Positions 10,409 through 19,386 of a stretch of 64,000 nucleotides of DNA are shown here, piece by piece; position 1 is the stretch's first letter; the number at the start of each line of letters is the position of its first letter. The translations under genes were made by a program, and so were the position numbers. The notes beneath the pieces are model-generated. The model searched no databases, had not been told where the DNA came from, and was given only the letters and a program-made list of their open reading frames with translations. The DNA is from Chthonomonas calidirosea (lineage in GTDB: Bacteria > Armatimonadota > Fimbriimonadia > Fimbriimonadales > Fimbriimonadaceae), in the NCBI GenBank assembly GCA_945859975.1, contig CAMAPH010000001.1, forward strand, positions 96,001 through 160,000, written 5' to 3'.

Positions 10409-11289
10409 TACGCGCCACCTCCGTAGTGGACATGCCGATCTCCCAACCGCAGGGAGACCAAAGAGAGGATCATCGTGGCAAGGAAGAGCACCCAACCCAT
10501 GGCGCTCGCATATCCCATGCGCTGATAGAGGAATGCATTGTCGTACAAGTACATTGCCACGACGTAAGTTGAGCGGGCCGGTTGACCTCCCGGGAACATA
10601 ACGAAAGGCAGAGCGAAGGTTTGCAGTGACCCAATGATGCCCATGATCACGTTGAACTGAATGACGGGAGAGATCATTGGTAGCGTGATGCTCTTGGTCT
10701 TTTGCCACGCCGAAGCACCGTCAAGCTCGCCAGCCTCATAGAGAGATTGCGGAACGTCCTGTAAACCAGCTAAGTAGATCACCATGGCATTTCCGCAGCC
10801 CCACATCGAAATCATGATGAGGGTAGCTTTGGCCCAGCTTGGATCAGTTAACCAAGGAACCGCTTTGATTCCGAACTTTGATAGCCCCTCATTAAGCAAT
10901 CCATATTGACCATTAAATATCCAGAGCCAAAGGACCGCCAAGGCAACCGTCGGGACGAGAGACGGAATATAGAATAGGGTTCGATATAGGCTGATCCCTT
11001 TCCGTTTCGTATTGAGCAACAAGGCAAGACAAATGGCAAGCGCAGTTGTGAGAGGGACACTTGCGGCACAAATGATCAGCGTGTTAGATAGCGCTTTCAG
11101 GAAGATTTCATCCTGCATCAACTCCTGATAGTTACTCAGCCCAATCCAAACTGGTGGCTTCAGGATCGAATAGCTGGTAAAGCTAAAGTACAATGAGGAT
11201 ATCACGGGATAGAACAAGAATATTCCCATCCCAAGAATCCACGGGCTGGCAAACAACAGCCCAATGACATTTTGGCGGTTGCTTCTCAT
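10408..11289 (-). CDS. Carbohydrate ABC transporter permease (MalF-like)
   Basis: YLAGLQDVPQSLYEAGELDGAS EAA motif, MGYASAMGW, hydrophobic helices. Confidence 0.93.
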   Translation of the reverse strand: MRSNRQNVIGLLFASPWILGMGIFLFYPVISSLYFSFTSYSILKPPVWIGLSNYQELMQDEIFLKALSNTLIICAASVPLTTALAICLALLLNTKRKGISLYRTLFYIPSLVPTVALAVLWLWIFNGQYGLLNEGLSKFGIKAVPWLTDPSWAKATLIMISMWGCGNAMVIYLAGLQDVPQSLYEAGELDGASAWQKTKSITLPMISPVIQFNVIMGIIGSLQTFALPFVMFPGGQPARSTYVVAMYLYDNAFLYQRMGYASAMGWVLFLATMILSLVSLRLGDRHVHYGGGA

Positions 11290-12596
11290 TTACCCAAGAC
11301 CTGCTGTTGATACTTGGCCCACATGGCAACCAGCCTCGACTGCGCTTGATCCAAGGCGGCTTGGGGAGTGAGTTCACCGAGTTCCATTTGGTCAACCGCA
11401 TTTCCAACTTCGGAACCAATCTGGGCTCTAATTCCGAGCGGTACGGGTGGAACCGCCCGCGAACTCTTGGCTAGCTTATCGAAGAGAACGATGGCTTTGT
11501 TCGGATGACTGGTTAAGAACTTCTGGCTTGAGTTGGATAGTGGTGAGTTGCACTGCTGATCCATGCAGAGTTGTTCCATGTTCTTCTGTTCCTGCACAAA
11601 AGCCAGAAACCGAAAGGCTTCACGCGCATGCTTCGCGCCCTTTGGAATGACAAGCGTATTGAGATTCATCGTTGAAAATCCTGCTAGTTCGGGGTGATTG
11701 TCGGGGTGTGGAAATGGCACGGCGAACCAGTCCATCGAAGGTTTAAACATTCGGATGTAGTTACTAAACCAGGGCCCATCAGCATAGGTGGCTAGCTTTC
11801 CACTCAAGAACGGGTTCTGCGGCGAGGAGTAGTTGCCAAATCCACTCCGAAAGGACTTTGTTTCCGTCACTCCATAACGGTCGGTAAAACTTTTTACCCA
11901 CGTCCACGCTTCCAGATCATCTTTGCCATTAACATTGATCTGGCCATCTTGCAAGAATCCATCGCCAAAGACATAAGGCATATTCCAAAGTCCCCAGCCA
12001 TCGCGTGGCATAAACGACGCAACCAGCAGTTTGCCGGAAGAATCCCGCCGGTCAGTTTGCTCCGCAAACTTATTGAACTCCGAGATCGTTTTGGGGAACG
12101 TCTCCGGACTTGCGTATTGAGGCGGAACTAGTTGACGGTTTACATACAGCGCGCCCGACCCGGGAGATGTCGGAAGCGCATACAAGCGACCGTAGGCCGA
12201 GCAGATGCTCCAGTAAGCCGGAATATAGTTCTCTTCAACGACCCCAGCGTCTTTCGCCAGATCGGAGAGGTCGGTTAGAGCATTAAGGTCAACGAACTGC
12301 ACCACCTGATCTCCCCAGAGCCCGGCGATGTCTGGTGGTGTACCGCCACTCGTTGCGAGGAGCGTCTTGTCCGCAATTCCAGAAACGCTCAAGTACTTGA
12401 CGTGAATTTCAGATTGGGAAGCGTTAAACTTATCGACGATCCGCTTCATCGCCTCCATCTCCTCTCCCGTCCACTTTTCCCAGTACTGAACCTCGATCCT
12501 ATCGGTTTTGCTCACAGACACCTGGGACGACTCAAGCCCGCATGCGCATGCGATGCCAAGGAGGACACAGAGTACGGTTGGTAGTAAGTTATTCAT
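11286..12596 (-). CDS. Sugar ABC transporter substrate-binding protein
   Basis: N-terminal hydrophobic signal/anchor, GTPPDIA, LYALP, FLSGKLA, LVIPKGAK motifs of SBP family 1. Confidence 0.9.
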   Translation of the reverse strand: MNNLLPTVLCVLLGIACACGLESSQVSVSKTDRIEVQYWEKWTGEEMEAMKRIVDKFNASQSEIHVKYLSVSGIADKTLLATSGGTPPDIAGLWGDQVVQFVDLNALTDLSDLAKDAGVVEENYIPAYWSICSAYGRLYALPTSPGSGALYVNRQLVPPQYASPETFPKTISEFNKFAEQTDRRDSSGKLLVASFMPRDGWGLWNMPYVFGDGFLQDGQINVNGKDDLEAWTWVKSFTDRYGVTETKSFRSGFGNYSSPQNPFLSGKLATYADGPWFSNYIRMFKPSMDWFAVPFPHPDNHPELAGFSTMNLNTLVIPKGAKHAREAFRFLAFVQEQKNMEQLCMDQQCNSPLSNSSQKFLTSHPNKAIVLFDKLAKSSRAVPPVPLGIRAQIGSEVGNAVDQMELGELTPQAALDQAQSRLVAMWAKYQQQVLGK

Positions 12597-12840
12597 GAGA
12601 GCAGCCTAGAGCATCAAGACTTCGGCATTCTGTTAATTCATAACCCACAGAATATCGGCAATGCGTGTGCCATGAGCAGATGACCGAAGATTGCCGAAGG
12701 GATGTTATGTTGGCCGGCAACCGTAAGCACTTGCAAAGACCATTTTGCAACGTACTTTTCTCCGATATTTGCCCTTCAAAAGCGACGGCCAAGCTCGTTT
12801 GACTTTCCAAATCACAGCTGTTTTGAAGTTGAGCCGTCAT
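12589..12840 (-). CDS. Possible small Cys-rich protein (83 aa), uncertain
   Basis: Fills the lacI-SBP gap exactly, ATGA overlap at the 5' end and ATGAATAA overlap at the 3' end; no recognisable motif. Confidence 0.25.
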   Translation of the reverse strand: MTAQLQNSCDLESQTSLAVAFEGQISEKSTLQNGLCKCLRLPANITSLRQSSVICSWHTHCRYSVGYELTECRSLDALGCSHE

Positions 12841-13895
12841 GATTCACTGTTTGTCATGCGTGACGTTCCACTCGTTGTGCCCTGCACGAAATGAACCGGG
12901 GACAGTTCGTGGCGTACCGGGCAGTAAGGGTTGAGGATGACGTCGTCTAACAGCTTTGCCCCGACTTGGGCGAGGTGCCGCAGATTGACAGAAACCGAAG
13001 ACACAACGTGCCTTGACGTGGATGGCCAATGAATGGCGTCGTAGCCAAATACGGCTAGCTGATCTGGAATTTCGATTCCTAGCTCTTCACAAACTTCGAT
13101 GAAGGCGTAAGCGCGCCGGTCATGCCAGCAGAATGCGGCAGTGGGAAGCGTGTTGGATTCTCGCATCTCGGAGAGTTGCCGGCGCATCTGTTCCGACTCA
13201 CCGTTCCAACACGCGACCTGGGTGACGACACCTTCCTTTTCAAGACGCGAGCTTAAAAGTCGAATTCGCAGGTCAGCATCCCGGATATCCGAGTGGTCCG
13301 ATGTCACGGCAAGGACAGATCGGTGCCCTTCCCGAACGATCTGGTCCGCCACCGATTCCATGCCAGAGTAGACATCGTCCCCAACAGAACTGTACTGACC
13401 AAGTGGATCGTGACTGTTCAGAATGACCACGGGAGTGATGGAGCTCCGCAGCAGTGCAACCAATGGGTCATCAGCAGCAGGTGCGAACATGAGCACCCCT
13501 TCAGCAATTCCACCGTTCAAGAACTCAAACGTTTCTTGAATGCTTCGGTTGAAGTTGCACTGGATCAGTACGTCGTAGCCAATTTCGCCGCATGCCGTTT
13601 CAACCGCCGAGGAGATCTGGTCCATGTAAATGTCCCCCCATTCGCGGTGGCGGAATGTGCTGTAGAGCGAAACAATATGCGTTCTGCCCTTTCGAAGGGA
13701 TCTCGTGAGCATGTTGGGAGCAAATCCCTGAAGGGCAGCGGCGGCTCGGATCTTGTTGGCCGTAGCTTCAGAGATTCGTCTCTCGGTTGATTTTCCACTC
13801 AGTACAAGGGATGCCGTAGAAACTGAGACGCCAGCCGCAATTGCGACACTTGAGAGCGTCGGTCGATTTTTGTCTCTATCAGTTGGCATCATCAT
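12837..13895 (-). CDS. LacI-family transcriptional regulator
   Basis: HTH PTLSSVAIAAGVSVSTASLVLSG, hinge FAPNMLTRSL, IPDQLAVFGYD. Confidence 0.93.
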   Translation of the reverse strand: MMMPTDRDKNRPTLSSVAIAAGVSVSTASLVLSGKSTERRISEATANKIRAAAALQGFAPNMLTRSLRKGRTHIVSLYSTFRHREWGDIYMDQISSAVETACGEIGYDVLIQCNFNRSIQETFEFLNGGIAEGVLMFAPAADDPLVALLRSSITPVVILNSHDPLGQYSSVGDDVYSGMESVADQIVREGHRSVLAVTSDHSDIRDADLRIRLLSSRLEKEGVVTQVACWNGESEQMRRQLSEMRESNTLPTAAFCWHDRRAYAFIEVCEELGIEIPDQLAVFGYDAIHWPSTSRHVVSSVSVNLRHLAQVGAKLLDDVILNPYCPVRHELSPVHFVQGTTSGTSRMTNSES

Positions 13896-13897
13896 CG

Positions 13898-13961
13898 TTG
13901 CTCAAACATTTGACCTGATGGGAACGAATTTTGGCACAGATTTTGCTCAAACATTTGACCT
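13898..13961. promoter_or_regulatory. Two identical 19-bp boxes TTGCTCAAACATTTGACCT (13898-13916, 13943-13961), putative LacI operators
   Basis: Exact direct repeat; core TCAAA-CA-TTTGA is an imperfect palindrome; lies immediately upstream of the lacI start. Confidence 0.7.
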
Positions 13962-14277
13962 CAGCACAGAATTTTTCGAATGTTTTCCTCATGCCATTAG
14001 CATCCTTTGTATTAAGACTGTGAAGTGACCGTGTCCACCCTGCAATATCCTGGCTGTATTTGGGCTCAAAACAGCCTGAAGTCAATGTAGGCGCCTCTAA
14101 GTGGATGCTCATTTCCTAACTAGTTTAGGGAATTCGACGCAGACCTGAAAGGACCAACAGAACTTTAAAGCATCACGATGCATGGCCTAGCCGGACGCAA
14201 CGCGAGCGTATGGACGATGGTGGAATCGGAATCTCCAAAATCTCCCAGTTGACAACCAGAGAGAACCTGAGTCCGAG

Positions 14278-14799
14278 TCAGCCCACGATCGCCGCGACGA
14301 TTTCGTGGTAGCGCTCCTCATCGATCCCATTCCGCTGCTCTATGGCCAGCGGGTGGGTTGAGTCGGCCGGGAGGAAGAAGCTGGGACGGAGGTCGGGGGG
14401 GCCGAATTGGATCTCGACGGGCAGGCCGACGGAGTCCGGGAAGAGGGAGATTTTGCAGGCGATTTTGCCAAACACTCTCGGCTCGTTTGAACCGTCGAGT
14501 TCCCAGATTTCGGAGTACCGTTTCAGTACCGATTCACTGACTTCGGCCCAGAGGCCCCATCCCCAGCGGCCGGGTCCGAACTTGTACGGCACTTCCAGCA
14601 TTCCCCGGACGAACCAACGGCCGTCGACAAAGGACATGTCCTCGGACCATTCGAGCATCTCGTTTCGGTGCTCTTCACCAGCCGCCCAGACGTCGTCGGG
14701 CAGTTTCCATGCGTAATCCGAAATGGCGCCCTCATGGGTTTTCCCGCAAACACCGCACACCCACGAGCTCTGAGGCTTCTCTTTCTTCCACGGCCACAT
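14278..14799 (-). CDS. DUF2199-like protein
   Basis: CxxCGKTH, WFVRGMLEVP, WGLWAEVS, HPLAIEQRNGI; TAAAAT+6 nt before ATG. Confidence 0.8.
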   Translation of the reverse strand: MWPWKKEKPQSSWVCGVCGKTHEGAISDYAWKLPDDVWAAGEEHRNEMLEWSEDMSFVDGRWFVRGMLEVPYKFGPGRWGWGLWAEVSESVLKRYSEIWELDGSNEPRVFGKIACKISLFPDSVGLPVEIQFGPPDLRPSFFLPADSTHPLAIEQRNGIDEERYHEIVAAIVG

Positions 14800-14849
14800 G
14801 CGTGCATTTTACGCAATGGGTCTCTGGTGAATTGGGTTGGTTATTCCCT

Positions 14850-15257
14850 CTAGTCGGTGACCACAGCCACTTCGAGCGCAGACTGTTGGACGAACGCTAA
14901 CGGTGACTTTTTCTCGTCGAGGACGGCGAGTAACTCACACACGCGATCAGTGGTCATTTCCCCCGACAATCCGCGACCGTCGAAGATGCTGCCCGCGTCT
15001 TCCGAGGTGTATGGGCCATAGAGCACGAAGCTGACCCTCGAATCCTTGCCGGTGCTTTCTCCGAAGTAGATCTCCAAGTTGAATTCGTGATTGGTCACGA
15101 TGATCCAAGCGTGGTGGCCACTTGCGCCGGTTCGGTAGCTGCTGACGGATGGAGCCGCGGCGAGCTGCTTGACCAAGCTTTTGAGTTCGACCAGCGTGTG
15201 GGCAGTGAAGCTAACTTGGTTTTCCAAGTGCCATTGGCCGTGGAACGCGTCCAGCAT
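14850..15257 (-). CDS. Hypothetical protein
   Basis: 135-aa ORF filling the gap in a run of minus-strand genes; no motif recognised. Confidence 0.55.
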   Translation of the reverse strand: MLDAFHGQWHLENQVSFTAHTLVELKSLVKQLAAAPSVSSYRTGASGHHAWIIVTNHEFNLEIYFGESTGKDSRVSFVLYGPYTSEDAGSIFDGRGLSGEMTTDRVCELLAVLDEKKSPLAFVQQSALEVAVVTD

Positions 15258-15288
15258 TCCTCAATATTGACAGGCTCTGACCAAACGC

Positions 15289-15621
15289 CTAACGAATCGT
15301 CAGCCGTTCGATCTTCCCTTTTTGCAGCACAAAATCGTAGTCGAACTCGATGGGGCTACCGGGGAAATCGCCGGAAACGAGGGCGGTTACGGTGGTTGTA
15401 TCGCCTTGCTCTTCGTGGCGAAGAATCTCGGTCGAAAGGTTGTAGTCGGCGGTGGTTCCGGATAGCCATTGAAGGATCTGGTCCTTCCCGGTCAGCTCGG
15501 CATTCTCGCCGGTGTCGTTCACTACGGCATTCTCGGAAAAGCAAGCGAGCACTTCATCGTGCTGTCCTGAGGACTTGGCGCGGAAGTACGTGGCGATGGG
15601 TTCTTTAAGTTCGATGCTCAT
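15289..15621 (-). CDS. SnoaL/NTF2-like family protein
   Basis: CFSENAVVND, VSGDFPGSP, YDFVLQKGKIERLTI. Confidence 0.85.
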   Translation of the reverse strand: MSIELKEPIATYFRAKSSGQHDEVLACFSENAVVNDTGENAELTGKDQILQWLSGTTADYNLSTEILRHEEQGDTTTVTALVSGDFPGSPIEFDYDFVLQKGKIERLTIR

Positions 15622-15659
15622 GGTCGTTGTTGTTTGATGTTGTGCGCTATGATTTCTTT

Positions 15660-16052
15660 ATGTCAAGTACTCACCAAAAAGTAAGTGCCTTGGATACGGC
15701 GACCGGGCGGCCCGATTACACGCCGGAAACGGCCGCGCGGGGAGTGATGGAGGCGGTGCGGATTTTGGAAGGGCGATGGAAGCTCTCCATCCTGTTTCAC
15801 TTGTTCGATAAGGGAACGCTCCGCTTTTCCGAACTGTCGCGGGCGATTCCGGAGATTTCCGAGAAGATGCTGATTCAGCAGTTGCGCCAGCTTGAGGCGG
15901 ACGGAGTCGTCTCGCGGCACATTTATCCGCAGGTTCCGCCAAAGGTCGACTATTCGTTGACGGAGGTCGGCAAAGCCCTGTGCCCGGCGCTGGACGCGAT
16001 TTTGCTTTGGGCGGAGCAGCGGGAGCGGTTACGGGCTTGTGCCGGCGATTGA
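15660..16052 (+). CDS. HxlR-family winged-helix regulator
   Basis: ILEGRWKLSIL, LRFSEL, ISEKMLIQQLRQLEADG, YPQVPPKVDYSLT; ATG 15660 lies 6 nt after TATGAT. Confidence 0.92.
   Translation: MSSTHQKVSALDTATGRPDYTPETAARGVMEAVRILEGRWKLSILFHLFDKGTLRFSELSRAIPEISEKMLIQQLRQLEADGVVSRHIYPQVPPKVDYSLTEVGKALCPALDAILLWAEQRERLRACAGD
15661..15688. promoter_or_regulatory. Putative HxlR operator GTACTCAC-N6-GTAAGTGC abutting a minus-strand TTGACA (-35) of the divergent SnoaL gene
   Basis: Imperfect inverted repeat 15667-15688; TTGACA at 15666-15661 on the minus strand. Confidence 0.5.
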
Positions 16053-17153
16053 ATCCAACCGCTGACCTTTGATCGCCTTTGCCATGAGTTCCGGGAACAT
16101 TTCGGGCGTGCAGGCGAAGGTCGGAATATCGATGGAGGCCAGGAAGGCGGCGTTGTTTTTGTCGTACATCGGCGAGCCTTCGTCGCTGAGGGCGAGGAGG
16201 CAGATCAGGTTGACGCCCGACGCTTTGATGGCGGCGGCGCGCTTGAGGAACTGCTCGTTCTCGCCCCCTTCGATGAGGTCGCTGATGAGGATCATGATGG
16301 TGTCACTCGGGGCGCGGACGAGGCCCTGGGCATAGCGAAGCGCCTGCTCGATATCGGTGCCGCCGCCGAGTTGAACGCTAAACAGCATTTCCACCGGATC
16401 TTCGACGACGGAGGTCAGATTGACGACGGACGTATCGAAGGCGATGACTTGGGTGTTGACGGCGCGGATTGACGCGAGGGTGGCACCGAAGACGCCGGCA
16501 TAGACGATGGAGGAGGCCATCGATCCGCTCTGGTCGAGGCAGAGGATGACATCGCGCAGGGCACGGCCGGTTCTGCCGTAGCCAACGAGGGTCTCCGGGA
16601 TGATGGTTTTGTAATCGGCTTGGTAGTGCCGGAGGTTGGCGCGGATGGTGCGGTTCCAGTCCATCTCGCGCAGCTTTGGCCGCAGGTTTCGGACGGATTT
16701 CGAAATGCTTCCGGCGACGGCTTGGCGCAGCGGGTTCGAGAGTCGTTTCTCGAGGTCTTCGACCACTTTGCGGACGACCATCCGGGCGGTATCGCGAGTT
16801 TTCGCCGGCAAAACGTGGCTGAGGGACATCAGGGTTGCGACCAAGTGGACATCGGGCTCGACGACGGCGAGGCACTCGGGTTCCAGTAGCATTTTGTGGA
16901 GGTTCAACCGGTCCATCGCGTCCCGCTGCATGATTTGGACGACGCTTTGCGGGAAGTATTCGCGGATATCGCCGAGCCAACGCGCGACGTTTGGCGAGGA
17001 CGGGCCGAGGCCGCCGCGTTGCTCGCTATCGTAAAGCGCTTCCATGGCTTGGTCGAGTTGGGCGTCTCTTCCGGCGAGGGTGTAGCCCGTGCCGTCCGCA
17101 TCGCTTCCGCCCAAGATGAGCCGCCATCGGCGTATTCGTTCTGTCTCAGTCAT
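16029..17153 (-). CDS. VWA domain protein (YehP/CoxE-like)
   Basis: RRWRLILG N-terminus, MIDAS DQSGSM, GGGTDI, ILISDL. Confidence 0.9.
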   Translation of the reverse strand: MTETERIRRWRLILGGSDADGTGYTLAGRDAQLDQAMEALYDSEQRGGLGPSSPNVARWLGDIREYFPQSVVQIMQRDAMDRLNLHKMLLEPECLAVVEPDVHLVATLMSLSHVLPAKTRDTARMVVRKVVEDLEKRLSNPLRQAVAGSISKSVRNLRPKLREMDWNRTIRANLRHYQADYKTIIPETLVGYGRTGRALRDVILCLDQSGSMASSIVYAGVFGATLASIRAVNTQVIAFDTSVVNLTSVVEDPVEMLFSVQLGGGTDIEQALRYAQGLVRAPSDTIMILISDLIEGGENEQFLKRAAAIKASGVNLICLLALSDEGSPMYDKNNAAFLASIDIPTFACTPEMFPELMAKAIKGQRLDSIAGTSP

Positions 17154-19386
17154 TTGCTAGCCCCAAAATTTGTCGGATCACGGGAAGGACGCGGTTTGCC
17201 CGCGCTTCATCGATGTCGGATTCTTGTGATTGGATGGAGATGCCGCCGGTTAAGCGCTCGCCGATTTGGCGGCGTTCGGGCTTGGTGAAAAGCGAGAAGG
17301 TCCGCCGGATGAGCGGAAGGATTTCGTCGACGGTCTCGGTGTCGAGGTCGGTTACCCAGGCATCGACCGCTTCGAGAAGCGGGGTTTGGTGGAGCAAAAT
17401 GGTGCCAGGACCGTCGAGAAGGCCCTCTACGAACATCGCGGTTTCGAGGGCGGTTGCGCCGGAGGATGCCTCTTGGCCCAAGCGGATGGCCAGAGTTTCA
17501 CCCTCAATCGCGCCGAGATCGAATCGGACGCGTTCGGCCTTGCCTTGCACGAGGCGATGAATGCCGTTCAGTTCCGCAATTTGTCGGAGCGATTCTAGCC
17601 AGAGGTCGGTTTTTGCCGGGTCGCCAAATAGCGCGACGACGCCGGTCACGCCGCTAATGCGTTCGGCCATCACGCGGGCGGCGGCATCATCGAGCGAGTG
17701 GCAGGCGTGGGGTAACCCGATGCAAAGCCGGGTGAAAATGGCATCGAGCACAGGGACGACGAGGTCGGATCGGGTGCCTCGCACGGAGCCGTACCGGACC
17801 ACAGCGGCAAGGGGCGGGAGGGCGCTCGCGAGGTCGGCCACGTCGGCGGTGACGGCAGAAATGGCCTGGAGTTGGGTGACGGTTGGTTCGATGGCACCGG
17901 AAAGGTCGGCCTCCAGCACGCGCTCGACGAGCCGGGCGATTTCTGCGAGGCTCTCTGCTTCAATCGCGTTGGCGATGGCGCAGCTGGTGGCGGCAGATTC
18001 GACGGTGTTGCCGTAGAGGCTCGCTTCGATGAGGGCAATCGTGAGTTCGGGCGTCCATCGCAGGAGCCAGTGCTCATGAAAGGTGCCGCGCTTCCCTTTT
18101 GCCTGTTCGGGAATGCCCCAGTCAACTTTGAGCAGCGCGAGGCGGTGCAGGAGCTGACTGCGTTCTAGGTCGGTGGCGTTTCGGAGGTCGAGTTCTAGCC
18201 TCTGCTCGCCATCGCTCACCTTCATCCGCAATCGCTTTTGGAGGGCGGCGAGGTTGGCCTGCAGCGGAATCATCGGGATCGACTCCGGCACGTGGCCCAT
18301 GCGCTCGCCGACGATGAGGCGCTTGCCGATGAGGTTCCAGACGACGGAGTCGCGAATGAGGACGGAGTTTGCCGCGTCGCGAAGCTCGCGCAGCCCGGGC
18401 TTCGGGCGGCCCCGGAGGGAGGCGAGGGCGTCGGCAAGGCGGACGGCTTCGATGACGCTGGCGGGAGAGGCGTCGAGGTCTTCTTCTCGCATGAGGCGGG
18501 CAACGGAGAGGAGCCAGTTTGCGGAGATGTCTTGCGGATCTGACTTCCAGATTAGGTCGTAGAAGGCGGGCGACCTTGCGCCGGCACCGTAGCCGGAGGC
18601 GAAAGTGAGCCGCTCATAGGTCCACGGGACGACGGTCGAGCCAACTTTCAGCTTCGGCAGGCCCTTGAGGAGGGCGTCGTCTGGTTTTGCGGTTTGGAGT
18701 TCTTTCAGCGCGGGCACATGCCAGGCTCCGCAGACGACGGCGATGCGCTCGTGTCCGGCGGCGAGGGCAGCGCGGATGGTGCGCCGCATGAAGGCTTCTC
18801 GGAGCTCATTGAATTCAGCGTCGGTGACTTTGCGGCGGTCATCGTCTTCGTTAGCGTCCTCGTCTTCGGTTGCATCTTCGCTCGATGCTTCTCGGAGCGC
18901 GCACATGAGGGTGTCGATTCCGGCGAAGAGTTCGCTCGCGTCGGATCGGTGCTCGACGAGATGCTCCCACCAGTCCTCGCCGTCGTCGAATCCGGCGGCG
19001 GTGGCGATTTGCTCCATGACGTCCGAGTTCGGCTTGCCCACGACATTTAGGGCGAGCATGGTGGCGGCGGGCAGGTCCATGAACGTCACCGGCACTTCGT
19101 GCGCGGCGGCCCAGCGGAATGCCTGCAGCTCGGGCGAGAACTCGGCGAGGGGATAGTATGAGGCCAATCGCGGGGTTTCGAGAGCGTATTCCAGCATCGC
19201 GACCGGGGTCTCTACCGCCGGGTCGAGCAGGAATGGGATCAGTGATTCGGAGCCGGAAGGGCCCTCGACGAGGACGGCTTGCGGCTGCCACTCATTGAGG
19301 GCGGCGACGAGTGAACGGGCCGAGCCGGGCCCGTGGTGCCGAATTCCGAACAGGCGGACCGAACCGCTTACAGAAGTTCTCGACAT
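17146..19386 (-). CDS. DUF5682 (YehM-like) protein
   Basis: GIRHHGPGSA, VLVEGP, FSPELQA, REAFM, VVCGAWH, SGYGAG, LPLIRRTFS. Confidence 0.85.
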   Translation of the reverse strand: MSRTSVSGSVRLFGIRHHGPGSARSLVAALNEWQPQAVLVEGPSGSESLIPFLLDPAVETPVAMLEYALETPRLASYYPLAEFSPELQAFRWAAAHEVPVTFMDLPAATMLALNVVGKPNSDVMEQIATAAGFDDGEDWWEHLVEHRSDASELFAGIDTLMCALREASSEDATEDEDANEDDDRRKVTDAEFNELREAFMRRTIRAALAAGHERIAVVCGAWHVPALKELQTAKPDDALLKGLPKLKVGSTVVPWTYERLTFASGYGAGARSPAFYDLIWKSDPQDISANWLLSVARLMREEDLDASPASVIEAVRLADALASLRGRPKPGLRELRDAANSVLIRDSVVWNLIGKRLIVGERMGHVPESIPMIPLQANLAALQKRLRMKVSDGEQRLELDLRNATDLERSQLLHRLALLKVDWGIPEQAKGKRGTFHEHWLLRWTPELTIALIEASLYGNTVESAATSCAIANAIEAESLAEIARLVERVLEADLSGAIEPTVTQLQAISAVTADVADLASALPPLAAVVRYGSVRGTRSDLVVPVLDAIFTRLCIGLPHACHSLDDAAARVMAERISGVTGVVALFGDPAKTDLWLESLRQIAELNGIHRLVQGKAERVRFDLGAIEGETLAIRLGQEASSGATALETAMFVEGLLDGPGTILLHQTPLLEAVDAWVTDLDTETVDEILPLIRRTFSLFTKPERRQIGERLTGGISIQSQESDIDEARANRVLPVIRQILGLAND

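Noticed and set aside
9552..10708. N-terminal extensions of the ORF-track calls 6276-9767 and 9548-10708
   Set aside because: They overlap neighbouring permeases; coupled starts at 9551 and 10408 fit better
13898..13970. Direct repeats upstream of lacI as a mini-CRISPR or insertion target duplication
   Set aside because: Only two 19-bp copies, no cas or transposase genes; position and palindromy fit operators
14190..14250. Minus-strand GATTCCGATTCCACCATCGTCCA resembling a tRNA/tmRNA 3' end (att site) at the island edge
   Set aside because: No proper TTCGA T-loop or acceptor stem, no second copy and no integrase in the window
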